This document shows, piece by piece, positions 8,976-18,814 of a stretch of 64,000 nt of DNA; position 1 is the first letter of the stretch; every line of letters begins with the position of its first letter. Source of the DNA: a virus (lineage: Duplodnaviria; Caudoviricetes); IMG/VR virus record IMGVR_UViG_3300021978_000001, positions 288,001 to 352,000 of that record. One strand, given 5' to 3'. Under the pieces are notes generated by a model. That model was given only the letters and a program-made list of their open reading frames with translations. It ran no database searches and was not told where the DNA came from. A program made the translations under genes and the position numbers.

Positions 8976-9048
8976 TGCGTTCATGGCGCCTATAAGCTAA
9001 GGTGATCACGGGCTTACTGACGAAAACGTATAACGAAGAGAGTCCCTT

Positions 9049-9678
9049 ATGCTGTTGAACTACTTCAAGTATCACAACATCCCCAAGTTGCCGGGGTTTC
9101 AAACCATTGACCCGCCTCGCAACAATGGCACGGGTCTTCGACTTACGTGTGAAGGGTATGAGGTTGAAGTGACTGTGGAGGTCGAGCGTGGAGAACCTGT
9201 TTTCCAGGGTGTTGTGCGTATGGACAATTACAACCTCGCGCTCTTTGACCGTGAGTTCATAAGCCCGGACCGTCGATGGGGACGCAATAAAGTCTTGCTG
9301 TGGTCTGGGATCTTGGAGACGAAGAACACAAAAGATGGGTTGGTCGAGGCATACACGAAAGCCTATGCTGCCCCTTTCCTGGCACTTCGTCAGAAGCTCA
9401 TGAAGGGTTGTGGACCGCGTGCGCCTTACGACCAATCTACCTGGCTCGAAGGTGCAAATTACACCACGAAGCGTCTCGATACGATACGCTTGCATGTAGG
9501 CTTTACTGTGTGGGGATGTCCTCTCCTCGCAGGCATTGACCCGCGCCGTTCCGACTTCTATGTTCGGGGACGCACGCATGAGGGTGAAGTCATCGAGGAG
9601 CGTTTCGATACCCCTTCGCTCGCTCTACAAGCGGTACAGCGCATGTTTCGTGATCATCGCATGGAAGGTCAGTTATGA
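9049..9678 (+). CDS. Hypothetical protein (MLLNYF start)
   Basis: Start of ATGA-coupled operon 9049-11316. Confidence 0.8.
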   Translation: MLLNYFKYHNIPKLPGFQTIDPPRNNGTGLRLTCEGYEVEVTVEVERGEPVFQGVVRMDNYNLALFDREFISPDRRWGRNKVLLWSGILETKNTKDGLVEAYTKAYAAPFLALRQKLMKGCGPRAPYDQSTWLEGANYTTKRLDTIRLHVGFTVWGCPLLAGIDPRRSDFYVRGRTHEGEVIEERFDTPSLALQAVQRMFRDHRMEGQL

Positions 9679-10130
9679 TTCAATCACTGTGGTACCTCGA
9701 TCGTCTGTTGTACCATGCACCACAGGGCCTACAACAGGTCGTGCGTGATCTGCGTGAGGTGCCGATCAAAATCTACGGCATGGACAAGAAGACTGTACAA
9801 TGGTGCCTGGGTATCTTGCTGAAGCCTGGAGAGCTAGGCCACGAACCTTCTCCCACAGATACCGATGGGCTCGTGCGTTTAAGATTTCAGTTGACGGCTT
9901 CTGCGGTGATTGGCGGGCACGTTGAATACTGGTGGTTCGATTGTCTCTGGAATATGTATCACGATGACGTCTCCTATTTGGTACAAGAGCCCTCTCAACA
10001 AAAGGTCTCTCGCGTCTCCGAGGCAGCATGGTTGATCAAGTTCAAGGAAGTGAAAGCGCGTCAAGTCCGTCGAGAGCAAGGGGATCTGAGTAGGGTGGAA
10101 GCCTTACTCAAAACTATTTGTGTGGAGTAA
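9675..10130 (+). CDS. Hypothetical protein
   Basis: ATGA overlap with upstream gene. Confidence 0.8.
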   Translation: MIQSLWYLDRLLYHAPQGLQQVVRDLREVPIKIYGMDKKTVQWCLGILLKPGELGHEPSPTDTDGLVRLRFQLTASAVIGGHVEYWWFDCLWNMYHDDVSYLVQEPSQQKVSRVSEAAWLIKFKEVKARQVRREQGDLSRVEALLKTICVE

Positions 10131-10132
10131 AC

Positions 10133-10840
10133 ATGCTCGAAAACAGCTTTCAGGGTAACATACACCAGTGGGTGCCCATGGCGGCATGGGAGGGGCTCAC
10201 AGTTTCCAATACTGTGGATCGTGTGCATTCTTACCACTGGCGCTACTTCGTGCCGATACAGCATTCTCCTCCAGCCTTTATCATGCTGGACAAACAAGGC
10301 ATCTCTTCACCCGTGATGCTCTCGGTGCATCTTGGCGCCTATGTCATGTTCTCTCAATCTGTAGACGGCGCTACCCACTTGTGGGATCTGATCGAGCGTT
10401 TGCGCGACGCCATGACTGACGCACAGGATTTGAGGCACGTGGAGATCGAAGGTTGGGCTGAGACCTTCACCTCATGCACCGTCGAGGAGAAAGAAGCGAC
10501 CGAGCCTACGTCGGCTCTTCATGCCGCAGGTCCGTACCCAGATAATGTTGTCCGCGTCCAACGTCGGCCAGATCATGAGGCGATCAGTCAGTGGCTTTCC
10601 GAGACGCTTACGCGATACTTTCGCCATGAGCTGCTCGGGCGACCGCTCAATGATGACAGCATGGTTGGTGAGCTTCAGCGCATCCTCACGTCAGCTTTTG
10701 TGGCCAAGGGATACCCTGGCGCTCGGGTGGACATCCAGGACGAGACCGTGGATGCGGAGCGTCGCCTGGAAGTCATCGTGTACCCGAATCGTTACATGAC
10801 TGGTGGCGAGATAACCATGCAGATGGTTTTGGGTCAATGA
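10133..10840 (+). CDS. Hypothetical protein (MLENSF start)
   Basis: RBS GGAG; operon. Confidence 0.8.
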   Translation: MLENSFQGNIHQWVPMAAWEGLTVSNTVDRVHSYHWRYFVPIQHSPPAFIMLDKQGISSPVMLSVHLGAYVMFSQSVDGATHLWDLIERLRDAMTDAQDLRHVEIEGWAETFTSCTVEEKEATEPTSALHAAGPYPDNVVRVQRRPDHEAISQWLSETLTRYFRHELLGRPLNDDSMVGELQRILTSAFVAKGYPGARVDIQDETVDAERRLEVIVYPNRYMTGGEITMQMVLGQ

Positions 10841-11316
10841 TTATCAACGCGTTCATTCTCGAAGCAGAAGATTTCCTGGAGTGGTGTAGCATCCCACCAG
10901 GCTTGTATCACCACGGAACCTACAGTTGGAGTGGTTTGGATCTTCGTGTGCGCTTTAACGCTTTGCCGGAAGAAAAGGGCTATCGGATACAACTGGAGCC
11001 CGTGGGATCGAACAGGCGTTCCTCAACGCATACGTTCGCGTCCCTGCATGCGGCGCGTCACTTTCTGGCAGATGCTTTGAAGCGCCTTTCCGGGGGCAAG
11101 GACCCCGTGGAAGCAGTCTTGAACGCGCATCGCAGACGTGATGATCAGGGACATCTCGATCAGTTTTGGGGGCAACTCGCCAGGGGAGGCAGTTCGGGGA
11201 GCGGGCTTATGCAGCAGACTCGGGAAGGAGGGTTCATGCAGCAAATCCAACGCATGCGTGATCAGGAGAACGCACGGTTCATGTCTGTCGTGGATCGCAT
11301 CTTCGACGAGGATTAG
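10837..11316 (+). CDS. Hypothetical protein (MIINAF start)
   Basis: ATGA overlap. Confidence 0.8.
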   Translation: MIINAFILEAEDFLEWCSIPPGLYHHGTYSWSGLDLRVRFNALPEEKGYRIQLEPVGSNRRSSTHTFASLHAARHFLADALKRLSGGKDPVEAVLNAHRRRDDQGHLDQFWGQLARGGSSGSGLMQQTREGGFMQQIQRMRDQENARFMSVVDRIFDED

Positions 11317-11603
11317 TTCAAGCAGGTTGTGCTTTGCGCGAAGTACAACGTTGCAAGCTCCACCTGGAAAGGGTCTTGAGACGTGAGCAGGGGGCCACAG
11401 AGCTTGTCTGTGTGCTTACAGAGGCGTTGGTACTCTTCGGGGGTCAACGCCTCTTCTGCATGCGTCAGGATTTGCATCAGATACAGGTGCGTGGCTTGAG
11501 CGTCGAGGATGCTTTGAGGCATGAAATCCACGCGCTGCGCGATACGGAAAAAAGTCTTGATTTGCGCCATGTAAGCGGGCAATAAGAAGGTCTGAGTCTG
11601 CAT
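11313..11603 (-). CDS. Hypothetical protein
   Basis: RBS AAGGA; fills gap, convergent with upstream operon. Confidence 0.6.
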   Translation of the reverse strand: MQTQTFLLPAYMAQIKTFFRIAQRVDFMPQSILDAQATHLYLMQILTHAEEALTPEEYQRLCKHTDKLCGPLLTSQDPFQVELATLYFAQSTTCLN

Positions 11604-11632
11604 GTCGGGTGTCCTTGATTTGAAGAGAGTTC

Positions 11633-11661
11633 TTAACGGCCAGGTCTTGTTGTGGTATCAA
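11633..11661 (+). promoter_or_regulatory. Early-type promoter with AAGTGTACG leader
   Basis: TTAACG-17(TTGTGG)-TATCAA, then CAAGTGTACGAC. Confidence 0.7.
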
Positions 11662-11711
11662 CAAGTGTACGACAAAGAATGTACCACAACTCCAAAGAAA
11701 GGAAAAAGACC

Positions 11712-12353
11712 ATGGGCATGCTATTTCACATTTACAAGGCCACAGACAAACATCCGGTGGTGGTCCTGGAGACCGCTACGCAACGCGAGAAGGATGATTT
11801 CTTTTCTCAAGACCCTCCCGAAGGGGTCGAACGTATCGGGGGGTGGTCAAGTCAGTACAACCCCAATGGCATCGAGAATATCCTGGAGCGGTCTATTGGC
11901 AAGACGATGAGAGAGTACATCGGTTACGAGGAAGGCAGGGAGTGGTACTCGGTGAACTGGAGACGTTTCGCAGAAACCCTGCAAAACTACATCGACCTCC
12001 TGGCCTTGCATGTGGTCGAGACGGACGGACGTGATGTGATGACTGTCGCGGTCCCCGAGAGCGCTCAGGTATCTGGAGAGCGTGAAGCCTTGGATACATT
12101 CGAGACCACGAACATCGAACAGGGTCGAAGTTACATCTCCTCGAATGCCATTTACACGCATGGCATGGATGTTTTGGGGGTGATGCTCAGTATGGAAGAT
12201 GGCGTGCCTCAGTTGCACATTCATCACCGGCGCCATGATTGGAGACTTCAGATCCACAAGCTGGAGAAGATCCTCAAACAAGTGGAAGAGGTGAGAGACT
12301 CGCACGACCCTGGAGATTACGCGTTGCGTATCTTGCACGTGAGCTTGCTCTGA
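11712..12353 (+). CDS. Hypothetical protein
   Basis: RBS AAGGA; after promoter. Confidence 0.8.
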   Translation: MGMLFHIYKATDKHPVVVLETATQREKDDFFSQDPPEGVERIGGWSSQYNPNGIENILERSIGKTMREYIGYEEGREWYSVNWRRFAETLQNYIDLLALHVVETDGRDVMTVAVPESAQVSGEREALDTFETTNIEQGRSYISSNAIYTHGMDVLGVMLSMEDGVPQLHIHHRRHDWRLQIHKLEKILKQVEEVRDSHDPGDYALRILHVSLL

Positions 12354-12410
12354 TAGCCTTGTATGGTGTACAAGTAGAGGGGAATCGCTTGACGCATACG
12401 GAGGCGTACC

Positions 12411-12845
12411 ATGTCCTTTGATCTGAACCCTTACATCAACTCACTCCCACAACGCCCCCTGCGCGGGGTGGCCCCCGAGATCGGGGAAACGGTCTGGGTG
12501 CGTATCCCGGGCCGTCGTCTCGTGTATGAATGCGAAGTCCTGGCTTATCGGGGCAACTCTATTCGCATGCAAAAGGTTGACGGTTCGATCCTGTTTGTGG
12601 ACCCCTCTTCCTGGGTCGTGTTATCCCGTCAGTGGCTCTCTGAGTTCCTCGGAATAGAAATCGAGGCGCCACCCAAGGTGTCGAGCGAACGCTTTACTCA
12701 AGACCTCACAGACGGTATCACGACGACTGCTACAGGGGTCGTGGGGAAAACTGTGGCACAGGATGAAGAACTCTTCGAGGACGTGAGCCTCGGCTCGGTG
12801 ACGAGCACGAAGCAGCTTCATTTCGATGATGATGACTTCGCTTGA
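12411..12845 (+). CDS. Hypothetical protein, SH3/KOW-like N-terminus, acidic tail
   Basis: RBS GGAGG; PEIGETVWVRIPG beta-rich start. Confidence 0.75.
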   Translation: MSFDLNPYINSLPQRPLRGVAPEIGETVWVRIPGRRLVYECEVLAYRGNSIRMQKVDGSILFVDPSSWVVLSRQWLSEFLGIEIEAPPKVSSERFTQDLTDGITTTATGVVGKTVAQDEELFEDVSLGSVTSTKQLHFDDDDFA

Positions 12846-12874
12846 TACCCTGACGTCTTGTATAGTGTAAAGAA

Positions 12875-12950
12875 AAAGCCCCTTACCTCTTGCCAGGTAC
12901 GGGGCTTTGGTGTATCCTCTCCGGTCAAGGGTAGCTTTCACCGGAGAGGA
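12875..12950 (+). promoter_or_regulatory. Two consecutive hairpins; the second sequesters the RBS of 12955
   Basis: AAAGCCCC/GGGGCTTT stem (12875-12908); TCCTCTCCGGT/ACCGGAGAGGA 11-bp stem (12915-12950) covers GGAGAGGAG. Confidence 0.6.
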
Positions 12951-12954
12951 GTAT

Positions 12955-14151
12955 ATGCATTACAGTATGTTGGTCGTGTTGCCGAGAGAGCAGTGGATGT
13001 TCTGTGAAAACCCTGATCTCGAATGGGATAGGGTCATTCATACGATGCTCGAAACCATGTTCGAGCCTTATCGTGAGAAATACTCAGAGGGGAGGGACCC
13101 CACGGACCCCCGTGTGAAGTTTACGCCTTGTGTGGAATCCAACCTGTCCTACAGATTGTACGGCACTGGGGAGTGTAACGAAGAAGAGCCTTTCTCGTGG
13201 GAGATCCCTTTTGTGGATGCGTTCGCTGCCTGGGAGCGTTCGGCGCGTGCGGGCGCCTCGCCCAGGGAGTACACGTTGTGTCAGTCTCTTATTCAATCGA
13301 AGTACCCTTCGTTCCCTGTGGAGAACATGACAGCGTGGGATTTTATCGCGTATCGCAATGACTATGATTGGCATGAACCGTGTGAGGAGCACCCCGAGGG
13401 CGCCTGGGGCTACTGGAGTAACCCGGAAGGATATTGGGATTGGTGGGTGATTGGTGGACGCTATTCGATGCAACTACCGACCAAGCCGAACGCGGTGTTC
13501 ACGAGTGAGACAAGTTCGGTTGCTTTGCGTCGTGATGTGGATCATTGCGCTATTGTAGAGCGGTGCGTGAGTTGGCAGAGCCAGTGCCTCGATGGCATGA
13601 AGCCTCATACATTGGACAGTCCTTATCATGTCCCCGATACGTTTGATGACACCTTGAACACGCTTGGGATTCCTGCGGTGAATCAGGCGAGGTGGGACAG
13701 GGCAAAGGAGTTGCACCAGTTACGGGAGAGCCTGAGCGTGCTTCGCATGTTGCTGTCCCATGTGCAGAATTACGCCGATGCACATGAGGTGACGATTGAC
13801 GAGCTGGATGCGCAGGTGTTTCCGTCTCTCACCGCTTTTCGCTCACATGTCGAGAAGGTTCGCCACTTGATCGACGGTGAGATGGATGACAGGTATGAGA
13901 AGGTAGCGCTCTTGTCGGAGGAATACCGCAAGCCTTTCCCTGACCTCTACTACAACAAGCCTACCCTCGATGACCTCGGGCGTGCGGAACACACCTGGTA
14001 CTATGATTTTTCATCCTATGGCGTCCTCGATTCCGAGGGGTGGCATACCTGGGAAGAGAGCGAACCACGAGAGAAGCGCGACGCCCTTCTCTCCGCACTC
14101 CTCGAAGGTGACCCCTACGATCTGTTGGTGTTGGTCGATTTTCACACTTAA
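12955..14151 (+). CDS. Conserved-type phage protein (NPxxxWDWWxIGGRY motif)
   Basis: YWSNPEGYWDWWVIGGRYS; C-terminal LVLVDFHT. Confidence 0.8.
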   Translation: MHYSMLVVLPREQWMFCENPDLEWDRVIHTMLETMFEPYREKYSEGRDPTDPRVKFTPCVESNLSYRLYGTGECNEEEPFSWEIPFVDAFAAWERSARAGASPREYTLCQSLIQSKYPSFPVENMTAWDFIAYRNDYDWHEPCEEHPEGAWGYWSNPEGYWDWWVIGGRYSMQLPTKPNAVFTSETSSVALRRDVDHCAIVERCVSWQSQCLDGMKPHTLDSPYHVPDTFDDTLNTLGIPAVNQARWDRAKELHQLRESLSVLRMLLSHVQNYADAHEVTIDELDAQVFPSLTAFRSHVEKVRHLIDGEMDDRYEKVALLSEEYRKPFPDLYYNKPTLDDLGRAEHTWYYDFSSYGVLDSEGWHTWEESEPREKRDALLSALLEGDPYDLLVLVDFHT

Positions 14152-14155
14152 TTTT

Positions 14156-14184
14156 TTTACGCCTTCAAGTTCATGTGGTACCTT
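14156..14184 (+). promoter_or_regulatory. Early-type promoter
   Basis: TTTACG-17(ATGTGG)-TACCTT. Confidence 0.75.
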
Positions 14185-14238
14185 CTTCTTGCAAGTGAAG
14201 AGAACAGCACAACCGCACGAAACCCCAGAGGATGTAAG

Positions 14239-14544
14239 ATGCATTTATTCAAACGTAACACGAGGACCAAGCGCATGCACACGGTGAGAGAGATCGAGGG
14301 CTGCGTTGTCGTTTGCGAACGTGTCAATGAACGCACGATGTACACCGTGTGGGAGCCTGGCAGCAGGGCAACACATTTTCAAACGCGTGTCGATGTGGAG
14401 GGGTCTGGGATGCTCGGTAGATTGGATGCGCGGCGTTATGCGCGCGCAGATGACGAACTCCATGCGTTGTGTCACGATTTGATTCAGCGCGCTTTCCCTG
14501 CGACTCAGACGGCCAGCAAGGTCAGGGGCGCACTCTACCTGTGA
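14239..14544 (+). CDS. Hypothetical protein
   Basis: RBS GAGGA. Confidence 0.7.
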   Translation: MHLFKRNTRTKRMHTVREIEGCVVVCERVNERTMYTVWEPGSRATHFQTRVDVEGSGMLGRLDARRYARADDELHALCHDLIQRAFPATQTASKVRGALYL

Positions 14545-14553
14545 GGCATCCTG

Positions 14554-14904
14554 ATGGATAAGCCAAGCCTGCAACGATACACCACCCTTCTCGACGAACT
14601 GCGATTGCGCCAAGAAGCGGGGCAAGAGCGCGTCAAGATCCGCGCGGATGAACTGGAGCTGCTTCTGACTTCCGCGCGAGAGATGCACATGCTCGTGCGC
14701 GAGATCGAGTTGGAGTTGTGGGCGAGCGTCCTCAATCGGGGATCACAAGAGCTGTCCGGCAAGGCTGGGGATATGCTCGATCGCATTCAGATGACCATGG
14801 GGCCTTTGCTCACCCTCTTCGAGGATCTCTCCAACGTCGAGGAGAGCTTGATGTCCACCACAGGCATTGGTGGCGGCGTTTCCGTGTACTCACCGGAAGA
14901 ATAA
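14554..14904 (+). CDS. Hypothetical coiled-coil protein
   Basis: Leu/Glu heptads; RBS GAGG. Confidence 0.75.
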   Translation: MDKPSLQRYTTLLDELRLRQEAGQERVKIRADELELLLTSAREMHMLVREIELELWASVLNRGSQELSGKAGDMLDRIQMTMGPLLTLFEDLSNVEESLMSTTGIGGGVSVYSPEE

Positions 14905-14906
14905 TC

Positions 14907-14935
14907 TTTACGCTTTACTCACCTTGGGGTATCAA
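14907..14935 (+). promoter_or_regulatory. Early-type promoter
   Basis: TTTACG-17-TATCAA. Confidence 0.7.
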
Positions 14936-14958
14936 TACCCAGACAAGGAGGCGAAGCG

Positions 14959-15228
14959 ATGAAACTCAACAAAACAGAACAACAGCTCCTCGATGAGCTT
15001 CGTGGCCGCGAGAGTGTGCAAGTGCTCGCGCTGGAGTGGTGGGGTACGTCCAAGGGTTCCCAGGGCAAGCGCATGGAAAAGGCTGCTCGTGCGCTCGTGT
15101 CAAAAGGCTTGGCGCGTGTCCTCGAAGAATACCCGAAGCATACCTGGACTGACAGAGGCGCACGAGGGCGTTGCTCGCATTACATGGAATGGGGATGCCG
15201 TCTGGAAGCGGTGGAGGTGGAGTCGTGA
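14959..15228 (+). CDS. Hypothetical protein
   Basis: RBS AAGGAGG. Confidence 0.8.
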   Translation: MKLNKTEQQLLDELRGRESVQVLALEWWGTSKGSQGKRMEKAARALVSKGLARVLEEYPKHTWTDRGARGRCSHYMEWGCRLEAVEVES

Positions 15229-15737
15229 TCAGCTATCGCATGAGTCAGATTGGAGAAGCGCTACCGCAGACGCATAGCTACCACGGCCCCTCTTGTGGGT
15301 ACAACATCTTTACAGGTGAACCTGATCCCTGGGAGGTATCCGAAGGCGCGCAGGTCTGGCGTGTAGCCTGGAACATTGCAGAATGTGCTCTGGGCTTCGA
15401 GATGGATGGCACCTATGGTCCAGGGGACGGGTACATGCATATCCTCATCATCGAATCCGACTACATCCACCCGACCCAACCGTGGGATTGCGTCAAGCCT
15501 GATGATGTCCAGGCATTGTACAGCGTGCCGACCGTTGCCTTTGTCGAATACGTCGAACATCTCTTGAGCGCAGCGGGTGTTATGCGCGATGAACCGGAGA
15601 ACTGTACGGCATACCTGGAAGAGCACGAGGACGTGCTTGCGTCCTGGTTGCACCAACATATGGTACCTGTGCCCGTGCGCTGGGTCGATACGTTGACGAA
15701 AGCCGCAGGAGCAGCGCAGATCAGGGTCCTTCCCTGA
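15225..15737 (+). CDS. Hypothetical protein
   Basis: GTGA overlap; RBS GGAGGTGG. Confidence 0.75.
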   Translation: MISYRMSQIGEALPQTHSYHGPSCGYNIFTGEPDPWEVSEGAQVWRVAWNIAECALGFEMDGTYGPGDGYMHILIIESDYIHPTQPWDCVKPDDVQALYSVPTVAFVEYVEHLLSAAGVMRDEPENCTAYLEEHEDVLASWLHQHMVPVPVRWVDTLTKAAGAAQIRVLP

Positions 15738-15754
15738 AAAAATCGCACTTTGCT

Positions 15755-15783
15755 TTTACGCCCCCTGCACCTTATGGTAACAA
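15755..15783 (+). promoter_or_regulatory. Early-type promoter with AGGTGTACG leader
   Basis: TTTACG-17(TTATGG)-TAACAA then TAGGTGTACGAACAAGACGACAACAC. Confidence 0.8.
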
Positions 15784-15828
15784 TAGGTGTACGAACAAGA
15801 CGACAACACAAAAGGCAAGGTGAGAGAC

Positions 15829-16644
15829 ATGACGAATTTCAAGAAAGATCAGCAAGTACGTTTCGGACGCAATAACGGACAACAAACGCTCGGCGTGATC
15901 GTGAAGGTGAATCGCACCACGGTCAAGGTGCGCCAACTCGAAGCGCGCGGTGTTCACAAGAACCACCCTATCGGGTCGGTCTGGAAAGTACCAAAGAGCC
16001 TGTGTACGCCTGTGGAGGCGGTGGAGAGCGCCAAAGCGGTCACCTCCAAGCCCACGATCAAGAGCACCCGCGTGGTCAAGAGCCGCAAGGATGTGGCCCT
16101 GGAGAGTCAGGAAAAGCTCGTCAATGCTTGTGACTTGAAGACGGTCCCAGGCTACCTCAAGGATTCGGCGCGCTACCTCGATGGCCATAGCCTCGACCGC
16201 TTCGGTCGCGAGATGGATTCCAGGCGCCAGAAGCTCTATGATGCAGAGCGTTTCGTGGACAAGGGAGACAGCTTCAAGACCATCGCGCAGTGTCAGCGCT
16301 ACATCGACCGCCTCACGAGCCTCCAGTGGTTCGTCCGTCGCTTCGGCAAGATGAACGTGAAGGTCGAAGCGACACAAGGCTTCCGCAAGTCCTACTGTCG
16401 CGGCAAAGGCGATGGCGCGTTGATTCGCATCCTCCCTGTCCACCAGAACCAACGCATCCTGATTCACGAACTCACCCATGCCCTGGTCCCCGCACCGCAC
16501 GCCAGTCACGGTCGCCTCTTCTGTCGAATCTACGCGGAGCTTGTACGCTTCGAGCTTGGAGAGGCAGCGTACAAAGACCTCATCGCGGAGTACCGCAAGC
16601 AGAACGTCAAGTACACCCCTCACAGGGAGCTTCAAGTCAAATGA
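15829..16644 (+). CDS. SH3-like domain plus SprT-like zinc metalloprotease domain
   Basis: N-terminal FKKDQQVRF...GVIVKVNRTTVKV; C-terminal LIHELTHAL...HGRLFCRIY. Confidence 0.8.
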   Translation: MTNFKKDQQVRFGRNNGQQTLGVIVKVNRTTVKVRQLEARGVHKNHPIGSVWKVPKSLCTPVEAVESAKAVTSKPTIKSTRVVKSRKDVALESQEKLVNACDLKTVPGYLKDSARYLDGHSLDRFGREMDSRRQKLYDAERFVDKGDSFKTIAQCQRYIDRLTSLQWFVRRFGKMNVKVEATQGFRKSYCRGKGDGALIRILPVHQNQRILIHELTHALVPAPHASHGRLFCRIYAELVRFELGEAAYKDLIAEYRKQNVKYTPHRELQVK

Positions 16645-16970
16645 TTCGAGCACTTTACCAGAAGTTGCGCTGTAAGTGTGGAGAGCATGCTTACAGCGCT
16701 TTTTGCAATGTCCTGGCTTTCCCGGGCGTCCAGGTGCGCGTGTGCGCGCATTGTGGGCTTCATAACGCTCAACTCAATTTCGGAAGCGCTGGAGGCTACT
16801 GGCGAGATGAGGAGATTGATATGTTGGAGATATACGAACTCAAGTGCTGGTTGATGTCTGGCTCGGAGCGTGATAGCTTTACACCCGAAGAATGGGAAGA
16901 TGCGTGCGCCATCCTTCGAGTGATGCACTCACGTTACAAGACACGCCAGAGACTTCGAGAGCTACCGTGA
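16641..16970 (+). CDS. Hypothetical Cys-containing protein
   Basis: ATGA overlap; CKC, CAHC. Confidence 0.7.
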   Translation: MIRALYQKLRCKCGEHAYSAFCNVLAFPGVQVRVCAHCGLHNAQLNFGSAGGYWRDEEIDMLEIYELKCWLMSGSERDSFTPEEWEDACAILRVMHSRYKTRQRLRELP

Positions 16971-17695
16971 GCCTTGACACGAGCCGTGTACTGATTTTGG
17001 GAGACATTCACGCAGATTGGGAGACCGCCAACATCCTCCTCGACCATATCCCGCGCACCGAGTATGACGAGATCATTCAGGTCGGGGATATGGGTGCCTG
17101 GATCGGTTACATCGCGCCCTGGATGCGTTCATTCGATTGTCGCACGCGTTGGGTCGATGGGAATCACGAACATCATCCCAGGATCTTGAAGCGTGATCAG
17201 CACTTCGGGGAGACGGCAGATACCCACTGGGTGCCGATGTGGCAAGCGTTCTTCGAGCAATGGGAGTACAAACCTCGGGGACACATCGAAGAGGGCATCC
17301 TGTTCATTGGTGGCGCGCGCTCCATTGATAAGCACGTGCGTATCAAAGGGCGGGACTGGTTCCCCGAGGAAAACATCCTGGCATCTCAACGCGAGTTCAT
17401 TCGATCCAACATCGCAGCTTACGGACCCGAGAACATCCACACGGTGATCGCGCATGATTGCCCCGAGTCCTTTCCCGTGCTCGATGCTGTGATCGCGCGC
17501 AATGGCGGCGCGGTGCTGGGCTATGATCCTAACCGTCCTTTCCTCCAGGAGATCTTCGAGGAAGTCAAACCCGAGCGCTGGTACTTCGGGCACTACCATA
17601 TCCCCTGGAAAGCCACGGTCAAAGGATGCGAAGCGCGTTGCGTATCGCTGGTGAATGACTGGGATTATGCCATCGTGGAGTTACCATGCTCGTGA
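16967..17695 (+). CDS. Calcineurin-like metallophosphoesterase
   Basis: GDIH, GDMG, GNHE, TVIAHDCP, YFGHYH. Confidence 0.92.
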   Translation: MSLDTSRVLILGDIHADWETANILLDHIPRTEYDEIIQVGDMGAWIGYIAPWMRSFDCRTRWVDGNHEHHPRILKRDQHFGETADTHWVPMWQAFFEQWEYKPRGHIEEGILFIGGARSIDKHVRIKGRDWFPEENILASQREFIRSNIAAYGPENIHTVIAHDCPESFPVLDAVIARNGGAVLGYDPNRPFLQEIFEEVKPERWYFGHYHIPWKATVKGCEARCVSLVNDWDYAIVELPCS

Positions 17696-18048
17696 ATCTC
17701 TTCCAACCCGTAGACTTCGAGCACGCGGTCGCGCTTCTGACCTTGCGTTTCGAGCAACTCGGGCACCTCGACGCCTTTCGTGAGATGTCACGTTCCGAGG
17801 CGATCGGTCATTCAGGTGGACGCACGATTCGTAATCTGTGGGGTCTCTGGCGCGACGGTAGCCCGTTGCGTGATCAAATGGTCGCGCAGTTCAAGCTCAC
17901 GCATGCGGATGACTTGAGCTTGCTTATTTTCGGTGCGTGCTGGGATGATGCTCAAGGGGTCCCCAGGCAGACCGAGCAAGACGTGCAAACCTGCGTCGAG
18001 CATTGGAAGACCATGGGCGTACCCCTGGAAGATTACTATCTTGTATAG
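17686..18048 (+). CDS. Hypothetical protein (MLVNLF start)
   Basis: RBS GGAG; overlap with upstream stop. Confidence 0.75.
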   Translation: MLVNLFQPVDFEHAVALLTLRFEQLGHLDAFREMSRSEAIGHSGGRTIRNLWGLWRDGSPLRDQMVAQFKLTHADDLSLLIFGACWDDAQGVPRQTEQDVQTCVEHWKTMGVPLEDYYLV

Positions 18049-18725
18049 ACGGCGTGGCCACTTTCCATGACTTCGGCCTCTGGCGCCGTGCTTGTGATCC
18101 AGGCGTGATACAAAGCTGACGCTCGCGCGCGCTGACGTGAACCTCCTTGCGGGGATTCTCCTGCACCCACAGCTTCCATATCTTCTTGTGAATACATGCC
18201 TGTTTTGCGCACGTGGTACTGATTGTGGTGTCTCGGGGCACTGTAGGCAGGCTTGCTCGCGGCGTCATCGAAACACGTTGCGATGCTGTACAAGTCACGG
18301 TGAGTTACGGGGATCTCCCAATGGCTCGTTTGATGTTCGTGATCCATACGCTTGACGTACACCAGGAAGGCTTGCCCTATCTCCCAGCCGATCGTGATCA
18401 CTCGTTCGGGATCACGGGTGTTTACCAACTCGATAGAGTCCCTGAGCGTACCCAGTTCTTCGAGACCCGGTATCGTGCGTCCGAACGCACCATTGAGGGG
18501 TTCCTTGGGCTGGAAGAATGCGTGTACGAAAAGCCAACGTAACTCAGGCAAGGCGCTGGGCTCGATCTCGAACCGTTCCTCGACCCGGGCCTTTCCCAGG
18601 TGGTTATATTGCAGATGAAAGCAAGGCCCCTGGCCGTTATCACATATACGCCACGACATGCCGCCATTATTGACGTGGAGGTAACATCCCCCTTCCTGGC
18701 TTCCCGCGTTCACTTTCGATTCCAT
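18036..18725 (-). CDS. Hypothetical protein
   Basis: RBS AAGGAG before MESKVN. Confidence 0.7.
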   Translation of the reverse strand: MESKVNAGSQEGGCYLHVNNGGMSWRICDNGQGPCFHLQYNHLGKARVEERFEIEPSALPELRWLFVHAFFQPKEPLNGAFGRTIPGLEELGTLRDSIELVNTRDPERVITIGWEIGQAFLVYVKRMDHEHQTSHWEIPVTHRDLYSIATCFDDAASKPAYSAPRHHNQYHVRKTGMYSQEDMEAVGAGESPQGGSRQRARASALYHAWITSTAPEAEVMESGHAVYTR

Positions 18726-18752
18726 GTCTGCTCCTTTTTTTCTGTCATTACT

Positions 18753-18781
18753 TTTACGGTCCCGCTCTCTTATGGTATAAG
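18753..18781 (+). promoter_or_regulatory. Early-type promoter
   Basis: TTTACG-17(TTATGG)-TATAAG. Confidence 0.8.
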
Positions 18782-18814
18782 ACCCTTGAGTCATTGTAGC
18801 ATGGAGGTTTTGGT

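Noticed and set aside
8911-9048. Canonical YrlA/Yrn Y RNA directly downstream of Ro60
   Set aside because: No GNCGAA motif, no T-arm and no terminal bulged helix; only a simple 16-bp hairpin
8872-9579. 235-aa minus-strand ORF
   Set aside because: Overlaps 9049..9678 and the hairpin; no RBS or recognisable motif
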